Origin: Bacteroidota bacterium
GTDB taxonomy: Bacteria; Bacteroidota; Bacteroidia; Bacteroidales; VadinHA17
Direction of reading: 5' to 3'
DNA length: 64,000 nucleotides
Assembly: GCA_016718875.1 (NCBI GenBank)
Contig: JADKBL010000005.1
Location: forward strand, 26,172 to 90,171
The notes under the pieces were generated by a model. The model was not told the origin of the DNA. It ran no database searches and saw nothing but the letters and a program-made list of their open reading frames with translations. Numbering within the stretch: position 1 is the stretch's first letter; the number at the start of each line of letters is the position of its first letter. The position numbers and the translations under genes are program-made. Of the stretch, positions 49,768 through 58,992 are shown piece by piece.

Positions 49768-52164
49768 CTACTTTCCGGACTTCAGAATTAAAGTATACTT
49801 CGCAGCTGCCTTGACAGCTTTCTCTGAAAAGGCATCTTTATAAAACCTGCCGTTTATATAGGTATCAGTCTGGGAAAGATAAAATTCGCTTCCCGGAACT
49901 CCTGAAACTCCAGTAGGTATCACAGTATAAGATTCATCCCAGTCAGCAGTATTGAAAATATGTCTCTCTGATGCACCGTCTTCAGATATAAAACCATTTT
50001 TATAGGTATAAGGACAAACCGTGTGATTACTTCCACCTACTCCATACACAGGTGAATTAAGTCCGAATATTTTATCAAGTATCTTAACTTTCGACATCGG
50101 ATGAGCCATTGTAATTGTGTGCATACTTCCCCATGTCCAATTACTGTTATCGAGACCGCAGCTGTCGGAAATTGCAACGATACAATCCGTAAAACTCTTG
50201 CTGATAATGTCATTAAGGGTCTCCTTTTCTGCTGTATTTACATTATCAATCCATTCATCCTCTCCTCCGGGCTGAAGAATCTTGTATATATAATAATCAT
50301 TAATTGCTCCCGGAAGCTGAGAGAAAAGGTCGCCCAGTTCATCCCCAAGAAGATTCTGTGAAAAGCTTCTCCTGAAAAATTCAAAAATTGCAGGTGCAGC
50401 GAGATCAGCCTTCATGTCATAATCCCATTTTTCAAGAAGTGTAAGTGCATCAGCTTCAGCCTGAGGCATAGATGACTGCCTGCTTTTTAAACCAAGAATA
50501 TGAGGAGTTAGCAGTTTAGCATACGCTGAGTGCTGATCAGTAATCATTCTTTTAAAGTCGTCTAATCCAAACTTTTGTTTCTCTTCAAGCATTTCCCTAA
50601 TCCTGCTTATCCTGAATGGCGGATAAAAACGGAAGGAGATGTAGTACGGGTATTCATCACTAACAGTCTTGTTATTGGCTGAAGATACATAGCCGGATTC
50701 AGGATTGTAAGATGTTGGGAGCTGATAAAAAGGGACATATCCTTTCCAGTCAAACTCATCTGTCTCGCCATTCCTGATGATGGAACCATAACCTTTCCTG
50801 ACAGGTATTCCTCCTCCGGTATTAATTCCTATGTTACCATCAACATCAGCATAGGCAAAGTTCTGGCTAACTGATTTAAATGAATTTAATGCTGTCCTGA
50901 AATCTTCCCAGCATGTCGCTCTGTTTAGAAGGTAGACACCTTTAAGCTCATCACTCATATCATTTCCCGACCATCTCATGCTGAGAACAGCATCTTCAAT
51001 TCCGCGAAAGCCAGATACTATTGGACCACGGTGTGTGAATGACAATGATAGAGTATCAGCCTCGCCTCCTTTTATTTTTATGATCTCGGTTCTGACCTCC
51101 ATATTTTTCCATTCATTGTCGAAGAAATATTGTGACTTGTTTTCAGGATTGATCTTTTCCGCAAACAGATCTATATCATCAACCATCAGGTTTGTCATAC
51201 CCCATGCAATCTTCTCATTATGACCGGCAACTATAAATGGCTGACCGGGAACAGCGACTCCGGTTACATTCAGTTTCCCCGGAATAACCTGGTGAATCTG
51301 AATCCAGATACCAGGGGAACTTAGCCCAAGATGCATATCATTTGAGAGAATGGGTTTTCCTGTTTCGCTTTTTGAGCCGCTAACAGCCCAGTTATTGCTT
51401 CCTGAGAATGATGCTATTCCAAGTGCCTTAAGTTTGTCAATGGAGGAAATAAAATCTTCAGCACTCTTAAGAGCCGTGTCACTAAGTCTGAAATCTGGAA
51501 AAACAAATGAGTTAACAGCCTTAAAGTCAGGCACTAATGAACTTCCTTTGTTATAACCAAGTTTTTTAAATAATTTGTAGTTGAATATATCTGCAGCCAG
51601 GTTACCACCGGCCAGATCCCAACCCATATACCCTATTATATTAGCTATATCCTCCAGTTTCCAGGGATCAGGTTTATAACCCAGAATTCTGAATTCCGGA
51701 GGTAGTTTTTTACCTGCTTTATCAATATATTCATTGACTCCGTCAGCAAATGCTTTCATACAATCAATTATCTCAGGATCTTCACTGTTAAGGATCATTT
51801 TCGATTTGTTGGTAATTTCAAGACTCCTGAGGAACAAATCCGTCTGAACCATTGATGGACCAAACATCTCTGACAGCCTTCCTGTTGTGGCACGACGGAT
51901 AAGGTCCATCTGCCAGAGGCGCTCCTGTGCCATCACATAACCTGTTGCATAATAGAGGTCATGCTCATTCTCAGCATATATATGGGGCATTCCCCTTTCG
52001 TCCCTGAAAATCTTTACTTCAGATTCAAGTGAAGATGACAGAATCTCTCCATCATATTTGGGAAGAGCACCCCTTTTAATACCGGTAATAAAAAGGAAAC
52101 CGGTTATCACTGCTACAATAACTATTGCAAGAAGTGCCAGAAGAATTCTTTTAAACATTTTCAT
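49768..52164 (-). CDS. Penicillin acylase family (Ntn-hydrolase) protein, possibly an acyl-homoserine-lactone or beta-lactam acylase
   Basis: N-terminal anchor. The processing and nucleophile site is FSGSNNWAVSG. About 800 aa, typical of the family. Confidence 0.85.
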   Translation of the reverse strand: MKMFKRILLALLAIVIVAVITGFLFITGIKRGALPKYDGEILSSSLESEVKIFRDERGMPHIYAENEHDLYYATGYVMAQERLWQMDLIRRATTGRLSEMFGPSMVQTDLFLRSLEITNKSKMILNSEDPEIIDCMKAFADGVNEYIDKAGKKLPPEFRILGYKPDPWKLEDIANIIGYMGWDLAGGNLAADIFNYKLFKKLGYNKGSSLVPDFKAVNSFVFPDFRLSDTALKSAEDFISSIDKLKALGIASFSGSNNWAVSGSKSETGKPILSNDMHLGLSSPGIWIQIHQVIPGKLNVTGVAVPGQPFIVAGHNEKIAWGMTNLMVDDIDLFAEKINPENKSQYFFDNEWKNMEVRTEIIKIKGGEADTLSLSFTHRGPIVSGFRGIEDAVLSMRWSGNDMSDELKGVYLLNRATCWEDFRTALNSFKSVSQNFAYADVDGNIGINTGGGIPVRKGYGSIIRNGETDEFDWKGYVPFYQLPTSYNPESGYVSSANNKTVSDEYPYYISFRFYPPFRISRIREMLEEKQKFGLDDFKRMITDQHSAYAKLLTPHILGLKSRQSSMPQAEADALTLLEKWDYDMKADLAAPAIFEFFRRSFSQNLLGDELGDLFSQLPGAINDYYIYKILQPGGEDEWIDNVNTAEKETLNDIISKSFTDCIVAISDSCGLDNSNWTWGSMHTITMAHPMSKVKILDKIFGLNSPVYGVGGSNHTVCPYTYKNGFISEDGASERHIFNTADWDESYTVIPTGVSGVPGSEFYLSQTDTYINGRFYKDAFSEKAVKAAAKYTLILKSGK

Positions 52165-52212
52165 TGGACCTAATTTATTTATTTTTGTGAATTTATAAAA
52201 TTCCCTGATATT

Positions 52213-53190
52213 TCAATACTTAGCCTCAACCAATCCGGAGGTACAGTTCCTGCATATGTTAATCATACTGCGATCACTGAGAATTGCTCTTCTGAAAACC
52301 CTGTACCTCGGACTGTTCCAGATATCACTGAAACTGTTCTGGGTAACATCGCCCATTATATGCTCAGCATCCTTGTCAAAACAGCATGGAACAACCTTCC
52401 CATCCCAGGTAATTACAGGGTTAAACCATAACCGGGCGCATCTGTCAGGCAATCTGCTTTTTATAACATATTTACCATCATGTTCCTCATACCGTCTGAA
52501 TTTACGATCGCCAGGGAGCCATAACTTTATCTTATCCCTGTTGATGATCTGCATCGATTTAAGCCTGAGAGAGGCTTTTAGTTTCCCGGCCATTGATCTA
52601 AGTTCGGGTATCTGATGCTCATTAAAACTGTTTACTAGGAACTGTATTTCAAGTTTCATAGACGACCTGTTCCTGCGCTTTGCATCTGAAACCGATTCCA
52701 GCCCAGTCATTACTTTTTCAAAATCCCCGTTAACCCGGTATTTTGAATAGCTATTCTGGTCAGTTCCATCCAGTGATACAATCAGGTGACTTAATCCTGA
52801 GTTAACTATCCTTTCAGAATTTTCAGGAGAAAGAAAGTGTCCGTTTGTTGACACTGTTGAATGTATTCCATTGCAGTATTCAACGAATGAAAAGAACAGA
52901 GGATGCATCATAGGTTCACCCTGAAAATACAGATTGACATTAAACAGAAAAGGTCTTAATTCGTCTATTGCTTTTCTGAAAAGGGAAATATCCATATAAC
53001 CCTTATGCCTTGTCATCTGACCTGATCCTGCTGAACATTCCGGACATTTCAGATTACAGCAGTTTGTAAGTTCTGTACTTACCGATAAGGGCATTCCATT
53101 TATATATGTCTTTTCATGGCTGACAAAACTTCCAAGCCAGGAAGATCCGGTAAGTATCAGATTAACAGGCTTTTTATAGAAGGACGCCAT
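52213..53190 (-). CDS. Radical SAM protein with a SPASM/twitch-like Cys-rich C-terminus
   Basis: CNLKCPEC (CX3CX2C) and GEPMMHP. C-terminal cysteines are DRCARLW, VVPCCFD and ICRNCTSG. Confidence 0.8.
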   Translation of the reverse strand: MASFYKKPVNLILTGSSWLGSFVSHEKTYINGMPLSVSTELTNCCNLKCPECSAGSGQMTRHKGYMDISLFRKAIDELRPFLFNVNLYFQGEPMMHPLFFSFVEYCNGIHSTVSTNGHFLSPENSERIVNSGLSHLIVSLDGTDQNSYSKYRVNGDFEKVMTGLESVSDAKRRNRSSMKLEIQFLVNSFNEHQIPELRSMAGKLKASLRLKSMQIINRDKIKLWLPGDRKFRRYEEHDGKYVIKSRLPDRCARLWFNPVITWDGKVVPCCFDKDAEHIMGDVTQNSFSDIWNSPRYRVFRRAILSDRSMINICRNCTSGLVEAKY

Positions 53191-53336
53191 GAGTTGAGCA
53201 ATAATTAAGTAAATTAAGAAATTATTTTCGACAAATCAGTTAGGGTAAACATATACCATGACGGTCTTTAGTTTGAAATGAGAAAACTGATCAAGATCTC
53301 TTAATGAAAAAGGATATTCAATTAAAAATTAACGCC

Positions 53337-54632
53337 ATGAAAACTTCAAGAATCTTCATTTTAATTGCAGTAGTTTTACTTTCTGCCATGAGTGCAGAGG
53401 CTGCATTTGCAGGCAATTCTGACGGCAAAAAGAAAGTTAATCCACAGGATTTCATTACAATCAGAGGTAAAATCATTGACGGACAGACAAAATTACCGCT
53501 GATTTTTGCATCAGTAACCGTAAAGGAATCCAATGTTGGAATTGTCACCAATATCGACGGGGAATTCACTCTTAAGGTAAGCCCCTCTGCTACAAATTTG
53601 GAAATATCTTATCTGGGATATAAGAACCTTATTCTCCCTATCAGCACACTAAAAGAGAATGGAGGAAAGAACACCATTGAAATGGAAGCTGCTCCAATCC
53701 CAATTAAGGAAATTATTGTAAAACCTGTTGACCCTGAGGCTGTTGTTGAAAGAGCAATCAGTAATATTGATATCAATTATGAATCAGTTCCAAATCTAAT
53801 GACTGCATTTTACCGCGAGACAATAAGGAAAAACAGGACCTATGTATCGATCGGAGAAGCAGTAGTTGAAATATTCAAAGCTCCATACGGAAATGACATT
53901 CGATTTGACGGCACAAGAATATATAAAGGAAGGAAAAGTGCTGATGTAGAAAAGATGGATACCGTTTTATTTAAGCTTCAGGGCGGCCCGGTAACTGTAT
54001 TACAGCTTGATATTGTAAAAAATACCGAATCCATTTTGACAAAGGAAGCTATGGAATATTACGATTATATGATTTCAGGTGTGATTGAAATAGACGGCAA
54101 ACCTCATTATATAATTGATTTTAAACAGAAGCCATCTGTTGATCATCCTCTTTTTATGGGAAGCTTTTTTATCAATATGGAGACCTTTGCAATCACCGAG
54201 GCTGAATTTGGCTTTAACCTTGAAGACAAAGAGGCAGCTGCATCTATCTTCATCCGCAAGAAACCTCTCGGTATGAAAGTTTACCCTGAAGTTGCTACTT
54301 ACCGCACCAAATATCGTGCACAGGAGGGGAAACTGCATTTTATTTACTCCAGGGCTGAGGTTAAATTCAAAGTAGACTGGACAAAGAAATTGTTCCACAC
54401 CTACTATACCACTATGTCGGAGATAGCAGTAACTGACCGTACTGACCAGGAAGTTATTAAATTTGCAAAAGAAGACAAGATCAAATACACAGATGTTTTC
54501 TCTGAAAAAGTAAGTGATTTTTCCGACAAGCAGTATTGGGGTGATTATAATGTTATTGAACCCGATCAAAGCATAGAAACAGCAATAAGAAGACTGAGCA
54601 GGAAACTTAAATTCAGCGACAGGGAAGAATAA
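53337..54632 (+). CDS. Secreted CarboxypepD_reg-like domain protein, an STN-less paralogue of 56196-57746
   Basis: Signal peptide MKTSRIFILIAVVLLSAMSAEA. IRGKIIDGQTKLPLIFASVTVKESNVGIVTNIDGEFTLKV. The remainder is collinear with the 516-aa paralogue (FYRETIRK.. versus FYREGVLK..). Confidence 0.7.
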   Translation: MKTSRIFILIAVVLLSAMSAEAAFAGNSDGKKKVNPQDFITIRGKIIDGQTKLPLIFASVTVKESNVGIVTNIDGEFTLKVSPSATNLEISYLGYKNLILPISTLKENGGKNTIEMEAAPIPIKEIIVKPVDPEAVVERAISNIDINYESVPNLMTAFYRETIRKNRTYVSIGEAVVEIFKAPYGNDIRFDGTRIYKGRKSADVEKMDTVLFKLQGGPVTVLQLDIVKNTESILTKEAMEYYDYMISGVIEIDGKPHYIIDFKQKPSVDHPLFMGSFFINMETFAITEAEFGFNLEDKEAAASIFIRKKPLGMKVYPEVATYRTKYRAQEGKLHFIYSRAEVKFKVDWTKKLFHTYYTTMSEIAVTDRTDQEVIKFAKEDKIKYTDVFSEKVSDFSDKQYWGDYNVIEPDQSIETAIRRLSRKLKFSDREE

Positions 54633-54648
54633 TTTACAGTATTACCAG

Positions 54649-55185
54649 ATGTCGAAGGACAGTGAAATAGCAGGGAGGATCAGAAAAGGTGATAAAACAG
54701 AATTTGAATCACTCTTCCGGTCCTCCTATGTTTCCCTGGTAAGGTATGCCAGAACTCTGATAAAGGATCAGGATACTGCTGAAGAGATTGTACAGGACCT
54801 GTTTGTAAGACTCTGGCAGGAGAAGGAAAAAATAAAAATTGAAAGTTCTTTAAACGGATATTTGTTCAGGGCCGTACACAACAAATGCTTACACTATATA
54901 GAGCATTTAAAAGTTGTCGAACGTCATGCTGAAACAGTTACCTCAGACCAGGCTGATCCTGCTGATGATCCATCAGAAATACTTCATTATAAGGATCTTC
55001 AGCTTAAGATAGCAAGGATTCTTGAGAGATTACCTGAAAGATGTGGTAAAATATTCTGTATGAGCAGGTTTGAAGGCCTGAAATACAGTGAGATAGCGGA
55101 GAAGTTGTCAGTCTCGGTAAAAACTGTGGAAGCCAGTATGGGTTTGGCGCTTAAAGAATTCAGAAAAGAATTGAAGGAACAATGA
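54649..55185 (+). CDS. ECF RNA polymerase sigma-70 factor (Bacteroidota expansion type)
   Basis: Region 2 (FESLFRSSYVSLVRYA, AEEIVQDLFVRLW) and region 4 (CMSRFEGLKYSEIAEKLSVSVKTVEASM). Confidence 0.9.
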   Translation: MSKDSEIAGRIRKGDKTEFESLFRSSYVSLVRYARTLIKDQDTAEEIVQDLFVRLWQEKEKIKIESSLNGYLFRAVHNKCLHYIEHLKVVERHAETVTSDQADPADDPSEILHYKDLQLKIARILERLPERCGKIFCMSRFEGLKYSEIAEKLSVSVKTVEASMGLALKEFRKELKEQ

Positions 55186-56180
55186 AAGAGATGAAAAATT
55201 CCGGAAAGTTTACAGACAAGGAGTGGGAGACGCTTGCTTCAATCCTGTCGGGTGAAAAGGATGAAAATCCCGAACTGGTTAAAATATTTATGGAGGATGA
55301 TCTCTATAAAACGGGAGAAAAATGGAAGGAGATTAATGATATGGGAAGCAGTAACGATATTGATGTTGACAAAGCATGGAAAAACGTCTCGTCAAAAATC
55401 AGCCTTACGGAAAAAGCATCAGTTGATGCTCCGGTTTTTTATCTGAGAAGCGCTTTTGTAAGGATAGCAGCGGTTGCTCTTGTACTTATAGCTATAGGTA
55501 CAGGTGCTTTTTATATGTTCAACGCAGAGTCATTCGGTAAAATAATAGCTGTTACAACCGGAAATGATGAGAAAAATCGTCTTGTTGAACTGTCAGATGG
55601 AAGCAGAATCTTCCTCAACCGTAATTCAGAATTGAGTTACCACAAAAATTTTGGCAGAAACAGCAGGAATGTAAAACTGACAGGGGAGGCATTTTTCGAA
55701 ATAACTCCGGATGTTACCAAACCTTTCACAATTGATGCCGGAAATGCTTATGTTAAAGTTGTCGGAACATCATTTAATGTAATTACGAATAACCCCGATT
55801 CTGAAGTAGAAGTATTTGTTAAAACGGGAAAAGTGCTTGTTTCAGGTTCCGATAATTCAAGATCATTAGAACTGGATCCCGGATATGTGGGTATAATCGA
55901 TGCTGCCAGGGCTGAAAAATCTTTAAATGACAACCCAAATTATATGTCGTGGAATACAGGACTGCTTGTTTACAATGGACAAACACTTGATTTGGTATTT
56001 AAAGACCTGAAGAGAGTTTACAATATGGATATTATTGCAGAGGATGCCTCGATACTTGAAAACAGGTGGACCTCCCCAATAGATAATAAGAGTCAGGAAA
56101 CAATAATACGGCTTATTTGTGCTAGCTTTAACCTAAGTTATTCACAGGAGGGTAATGTTTACCATCTTGTAAAAAAATAA
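55182..56180 (+). CDS. FecR-family anti-sigma factor
   Basis: ATGA overlap with the sigma gene, a single TM helix (IAAVALVLIAIGTGAFYMF), and a FecR domain (LSDGSRIFLNRNSELSY, GEAFFEI, TSFNV). Confidence 0.85.
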   Translation: MKEMKNSGKFTDKEWETLASILSGEKDENPELVKIFMEDDLYKTGEKWKEINDMGSSNDIDVDKAWKNVSSKISLTEKASVDAPVFYLRSAFVRIAAVALVLIAIGTGAFYMFNAESFGKIIAVTTGNDEKNRLVELSDGSRIFLNRNSELSYHKNFGRNSRNVKLTGEAFFEITPDVTKPFTIDAGNAYVKVVGTSFNVITNNPDSEVEVFVKTGKVLVSGSDNSRSLELDPGYVGIIDAARAEKSLNDNPNYMSWNTGLLVYNGQTLDLVFKDLKRVYNMDIIAEDASILENRWTSPIDNKSQETIIRLICASFNLSYSQEGNVYHLVKK

Positions 56181-56195
56181 TTTATAACATGGAAT

Positions 56196-57746
56196 ATGCC
56201 GTCACTCAATGGACTCATATTCAAAAGACTAAAATACGTTTCAATTTCCCTCTTTCTGTTTATCTCAATTGAAGGAAATTGCCAGATAACAATACTTGAT
56301 TCATTAATGACTTTCAGTTCAGGGATGGTGAAAACAATCACTGCCCTGGAAACTATTACCACACAAACCGGCTATAATTTTACATACGACAGTCGCCTGG
56401 TTAACACCGACAAGATTACCGATCTTACCTTCAGCTCAGTGAGGTTAAGAACCATCCTGGAAAAAATAACAAATGATGACTCTCTGGAATTCTCCGTAAT
56501 AGACAGATATATTATTTTTTCCAGAAAAGCCGAAAGTGTCCTCCAAAAGGTTGATTCGCTGCCTCTTATACAGCTCAATTATATTTCAGGTACAATTACT
56601 GATTCTGAATCTAAGGAAGGTTTACCCTATGCCACAATTGCACTAAAAAACAAAGGAAAGGGAACTGTTACAAATAATAATGGTGAATTCGGACTGAAAA
56701 TAGGTACAGATATGATTAATGACACCCTGTCGGTTTCATACCTTGGGTACATTAACAGGGAAATGCCGGTTAGGGAGGCTCTTGGCAAGGACCTTGAAAT
56801 AACAATGGAAAGAGAGTACATCTCAATTCCGGGGATAATTATCAAAAATCAGATCCCGCAGGAAATTATCAGTAAAGCAGTCAGAGCTATTCCTGAAAAT
56901 TACAGCAGAAATCCTGTTTATCTTACTGGTTTTTACAGAGAAGGTGTTCTGAAAAGGCATTTCCTGCAAAACTATTCTGAAGCTATCCTGAAAATCTATA
57001 AGACTTCATATGGCGGCTCCATCCTGGGTGATCAGATTAAGGTACTTAAAAGCAGGAAGATAGAAAATTCAGGAAAAAAGGATACTCTGACAGTAAGACT
57101 GAAAGCAGGCCTGAGTACATGTAATGAACTCGACGGTGTGAAGAAAACTTTTGATTTCATAAACTCTCAGAGTATGCAGGATTACAGTTACAGGATGACT
57201 GATATTGTAACCTATGAAGAAGAATCTGCTTATGCCATTGACTTTGAACAGAGGGAAGATATAGATCTCCCTCTTTATAAGGGTACGGTGTACATAAATA
57301 CAATAGATTATGCGATACTGAATGCTGAGTTTGAGCTTAACAAGGCATTCCTGTTTAAAATGAAAGACTCATTTATTGCGAATTCCACACGAGGTTTTAA
57401 TACCTGGCCTGTATCGGTGAAGTACTCCGTCAGCTACAGAAAGGTTAACGGAATCTACTATTTAAGCCATGTGAGGGGGGATCTGCTTTTTGCATCCAAG
57501 AAAAAAAGACGGGTTTTCAATACTCAGTTCACTGTCTTTTTTGAACTTGCAATAACCGATATTGATCTTAATAATGTATCCCGTTTCGACAGGGATGAGC
57601 TTGCTCCGGTACATTCGGTATTCTCAAAGATAATAACCAGCTATGATCCTCTCTTCTGGGGAAATCAGGACTTCCTCAGGCCCGAAGACAATCTTCTCCA
57701 GGAACTCAGGAACATGAAGGTGAATCTGCAGGAATTCTCAAAATAG
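56196..57746 (+). CDS. STN (secretin/TonB N-terminal) plus CarboxypepD_reg-like domain protein. At 516 aa it is too short for a TonB-dependent barrel.
   Basis: The STN-like block is ITALETITTQTGYNFTYDSRLVNTDKITDLTFSSVRLRTILEKITNDDSLEFSVIDRYIIF. It is followed by ISGTITDSESKEGLPYATIALKNKGKGTVTNNNGEFGLKI. I saw no plug or barrel motifs. Confidence 0.7.
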   Translation: MPSLNGLIFKRLKYVSISLFLFISIEGNCQITILDSLMTFSSGMVKTITALETITTQTGYNFTYDSRLVNTDKITDLTFSSVRLRTILEKITNDDSLEFSVIDRYIIFSRKAESVLQKVDSLPLIQLNYISGTITDSESKEGLPYATIALKNKGKGTVTNNNGEFGLKIGTDMINDTLSVSYLGYINREMPVREALGKDLEITMEREYISIPGIIIKNQIPQEIISKAVRAIPENYSRNPVYLTGFYREGVLKRHFLQNYSEAILKIYKTSYGGSILGDQIKVLKSRKIENSGKKDTLTVRLKAGLSTCNELDGVKKTFDFINSQSMQDYSYRMTDIVTYEEESAYAIDFEQREDIDLPLYKGTVYINTIDYAILNAEFELNKAFLFKMKDSFIANSTRGFNTWPVSVKYSVSYRKVNGIYYLSHVRGDLLFASKKKRRVFNTQFTVFFELAITDIDLNNVSRFDRDELAPVHSVFSKIITSYDPLFWGNQDFLRPEDNLLQELRNMKVNLQEFSK

Positions 57747-57777
57747 GTTGCAGGTTGCGGGTTACAAGTTGTAACCA
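57747..57777. repeat. Four degenerate tandem heptamers (GGTTRCR) containing a 17-nt palindrome
   Basis: ggttgca ggttgcg ggttaca agttgta acc. The palindrome ggttacaagttgtaacc is at 57761-57777. It lies between convergent genes and may act as a bidirectional terminator. Confidence 0.55.
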
Positions 57778-57815
57778 ATTCTAATTGCAACTTTGAATCC
57801 GAAATCTGAAATTAT

Positions 57816-58830
57816 CTAATACTTATTTATCAGGTTATATAACTCAGTAAGGTCTGGCGTAAGAATAATCTCTGTTCTCCGGTTTTTCTGACGTGCATCA
57901 GCACTATTTCGTTCATCAACCGGCAGATATTCACTGCGTCCGGATGCCGTAAGTCGCTTGGCATCGATCTTTGAGCCTTCAAGAAGGACTCTTACAACAG
58001 TGGTTGCTCTTTTTACACTCAAATCCCAGTTGTCTCTCAGCTGTCCGGAACCCGGATTATATGGCACATTGTCAGTATGCCCTTCTATAGTGATCTGAAT
58101 ATCAGGATTTTTCTCAAGAACTCCGGCAAGCTTCCTAAGGGCGTTTCGACCGTTTGCATCTATCTCATAGCTGCCTGATTTAAAAAGGAGCTTCTCATCC
58201 AGAGAAATGTAAACCTTACCATTTTTCATTGTTACGGTGAGTCCATTATTTTCAAACCCAAGCAACGCTTCAGATACTTTATTTTTTAGTTCCTCCACAA
58301 TCTTTTTCTGTGCATCAAGAATCTTTTCAAGCTCAGCGAGCCTTGCATTTCTTTTTTCAAGCTCGAATGTCAGTTCATCAAGAGAAGCCTTTTTGCTGTC
58401 TAAAGATTCTGACAACTGCTTGAGAAGATCTTCTTTCTTCTGAAGGTTTTTCCTGTGCGGTTCTTAGTTCTTCAAGAAGTTTCTGGGTTTCCCTGACGTT
58501 ACCCTTTACAAGATCTTCCTGTGCATTCTGCAGTTCATTATATCTTGAAGAGACATTATTATAATCACCCAGAGCCTTATCTCTTTCTGCCTCCACCTTT
58601 GCATATTCCTTTTTGAGCTGAGCAGTCTCCTTATCTATGGAAGCCAGTTTTGTCTCAAGCTCGCTGTTCTTCATTTCAAGGCCTATATTTTTCTCCTTGA
58701 AATCATCCCGTTCATTCATGTACTGTTTACTGGTATCACTCAGGCTGCTGTACTTTTTACCCGATACACATGAGACAACAGATATTACCATCAAAGTAAT
58801 AACTGAAACCGTTGCTATTTTATTCTTCAT
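57816..58830 (-). pseudogene. OmpA/MotB-family lipoprotein with a coiled-coil N-region, frameshifted as assembled
   Basis: The lipobox MKNKIATVSVITLMVISVVSC is at 58830. The join is ..RTAQEK / LQKKEDLLKQLSESLDSKKASLDE.. at the T5 run 58447-58451. The OmpA_C block is TIEGHTDNVPY..NWDLSVKRA..NRRTEI. Confidence 0.85.
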
Positions 58831-58992
58831 ACAATTGAATTATCTGTTATATATAACAACCAATAAGCCAGAAAATTGTTATCTGTATTATGATTTCCTT
58901 GGCAAAAATAAGAAAAAGCCGTGTAAGCCTCTTAAAACAGGCGCGAATAATAATTCTTATATTTGCAGGTTATTTGTTCAAATTATTCTGAA

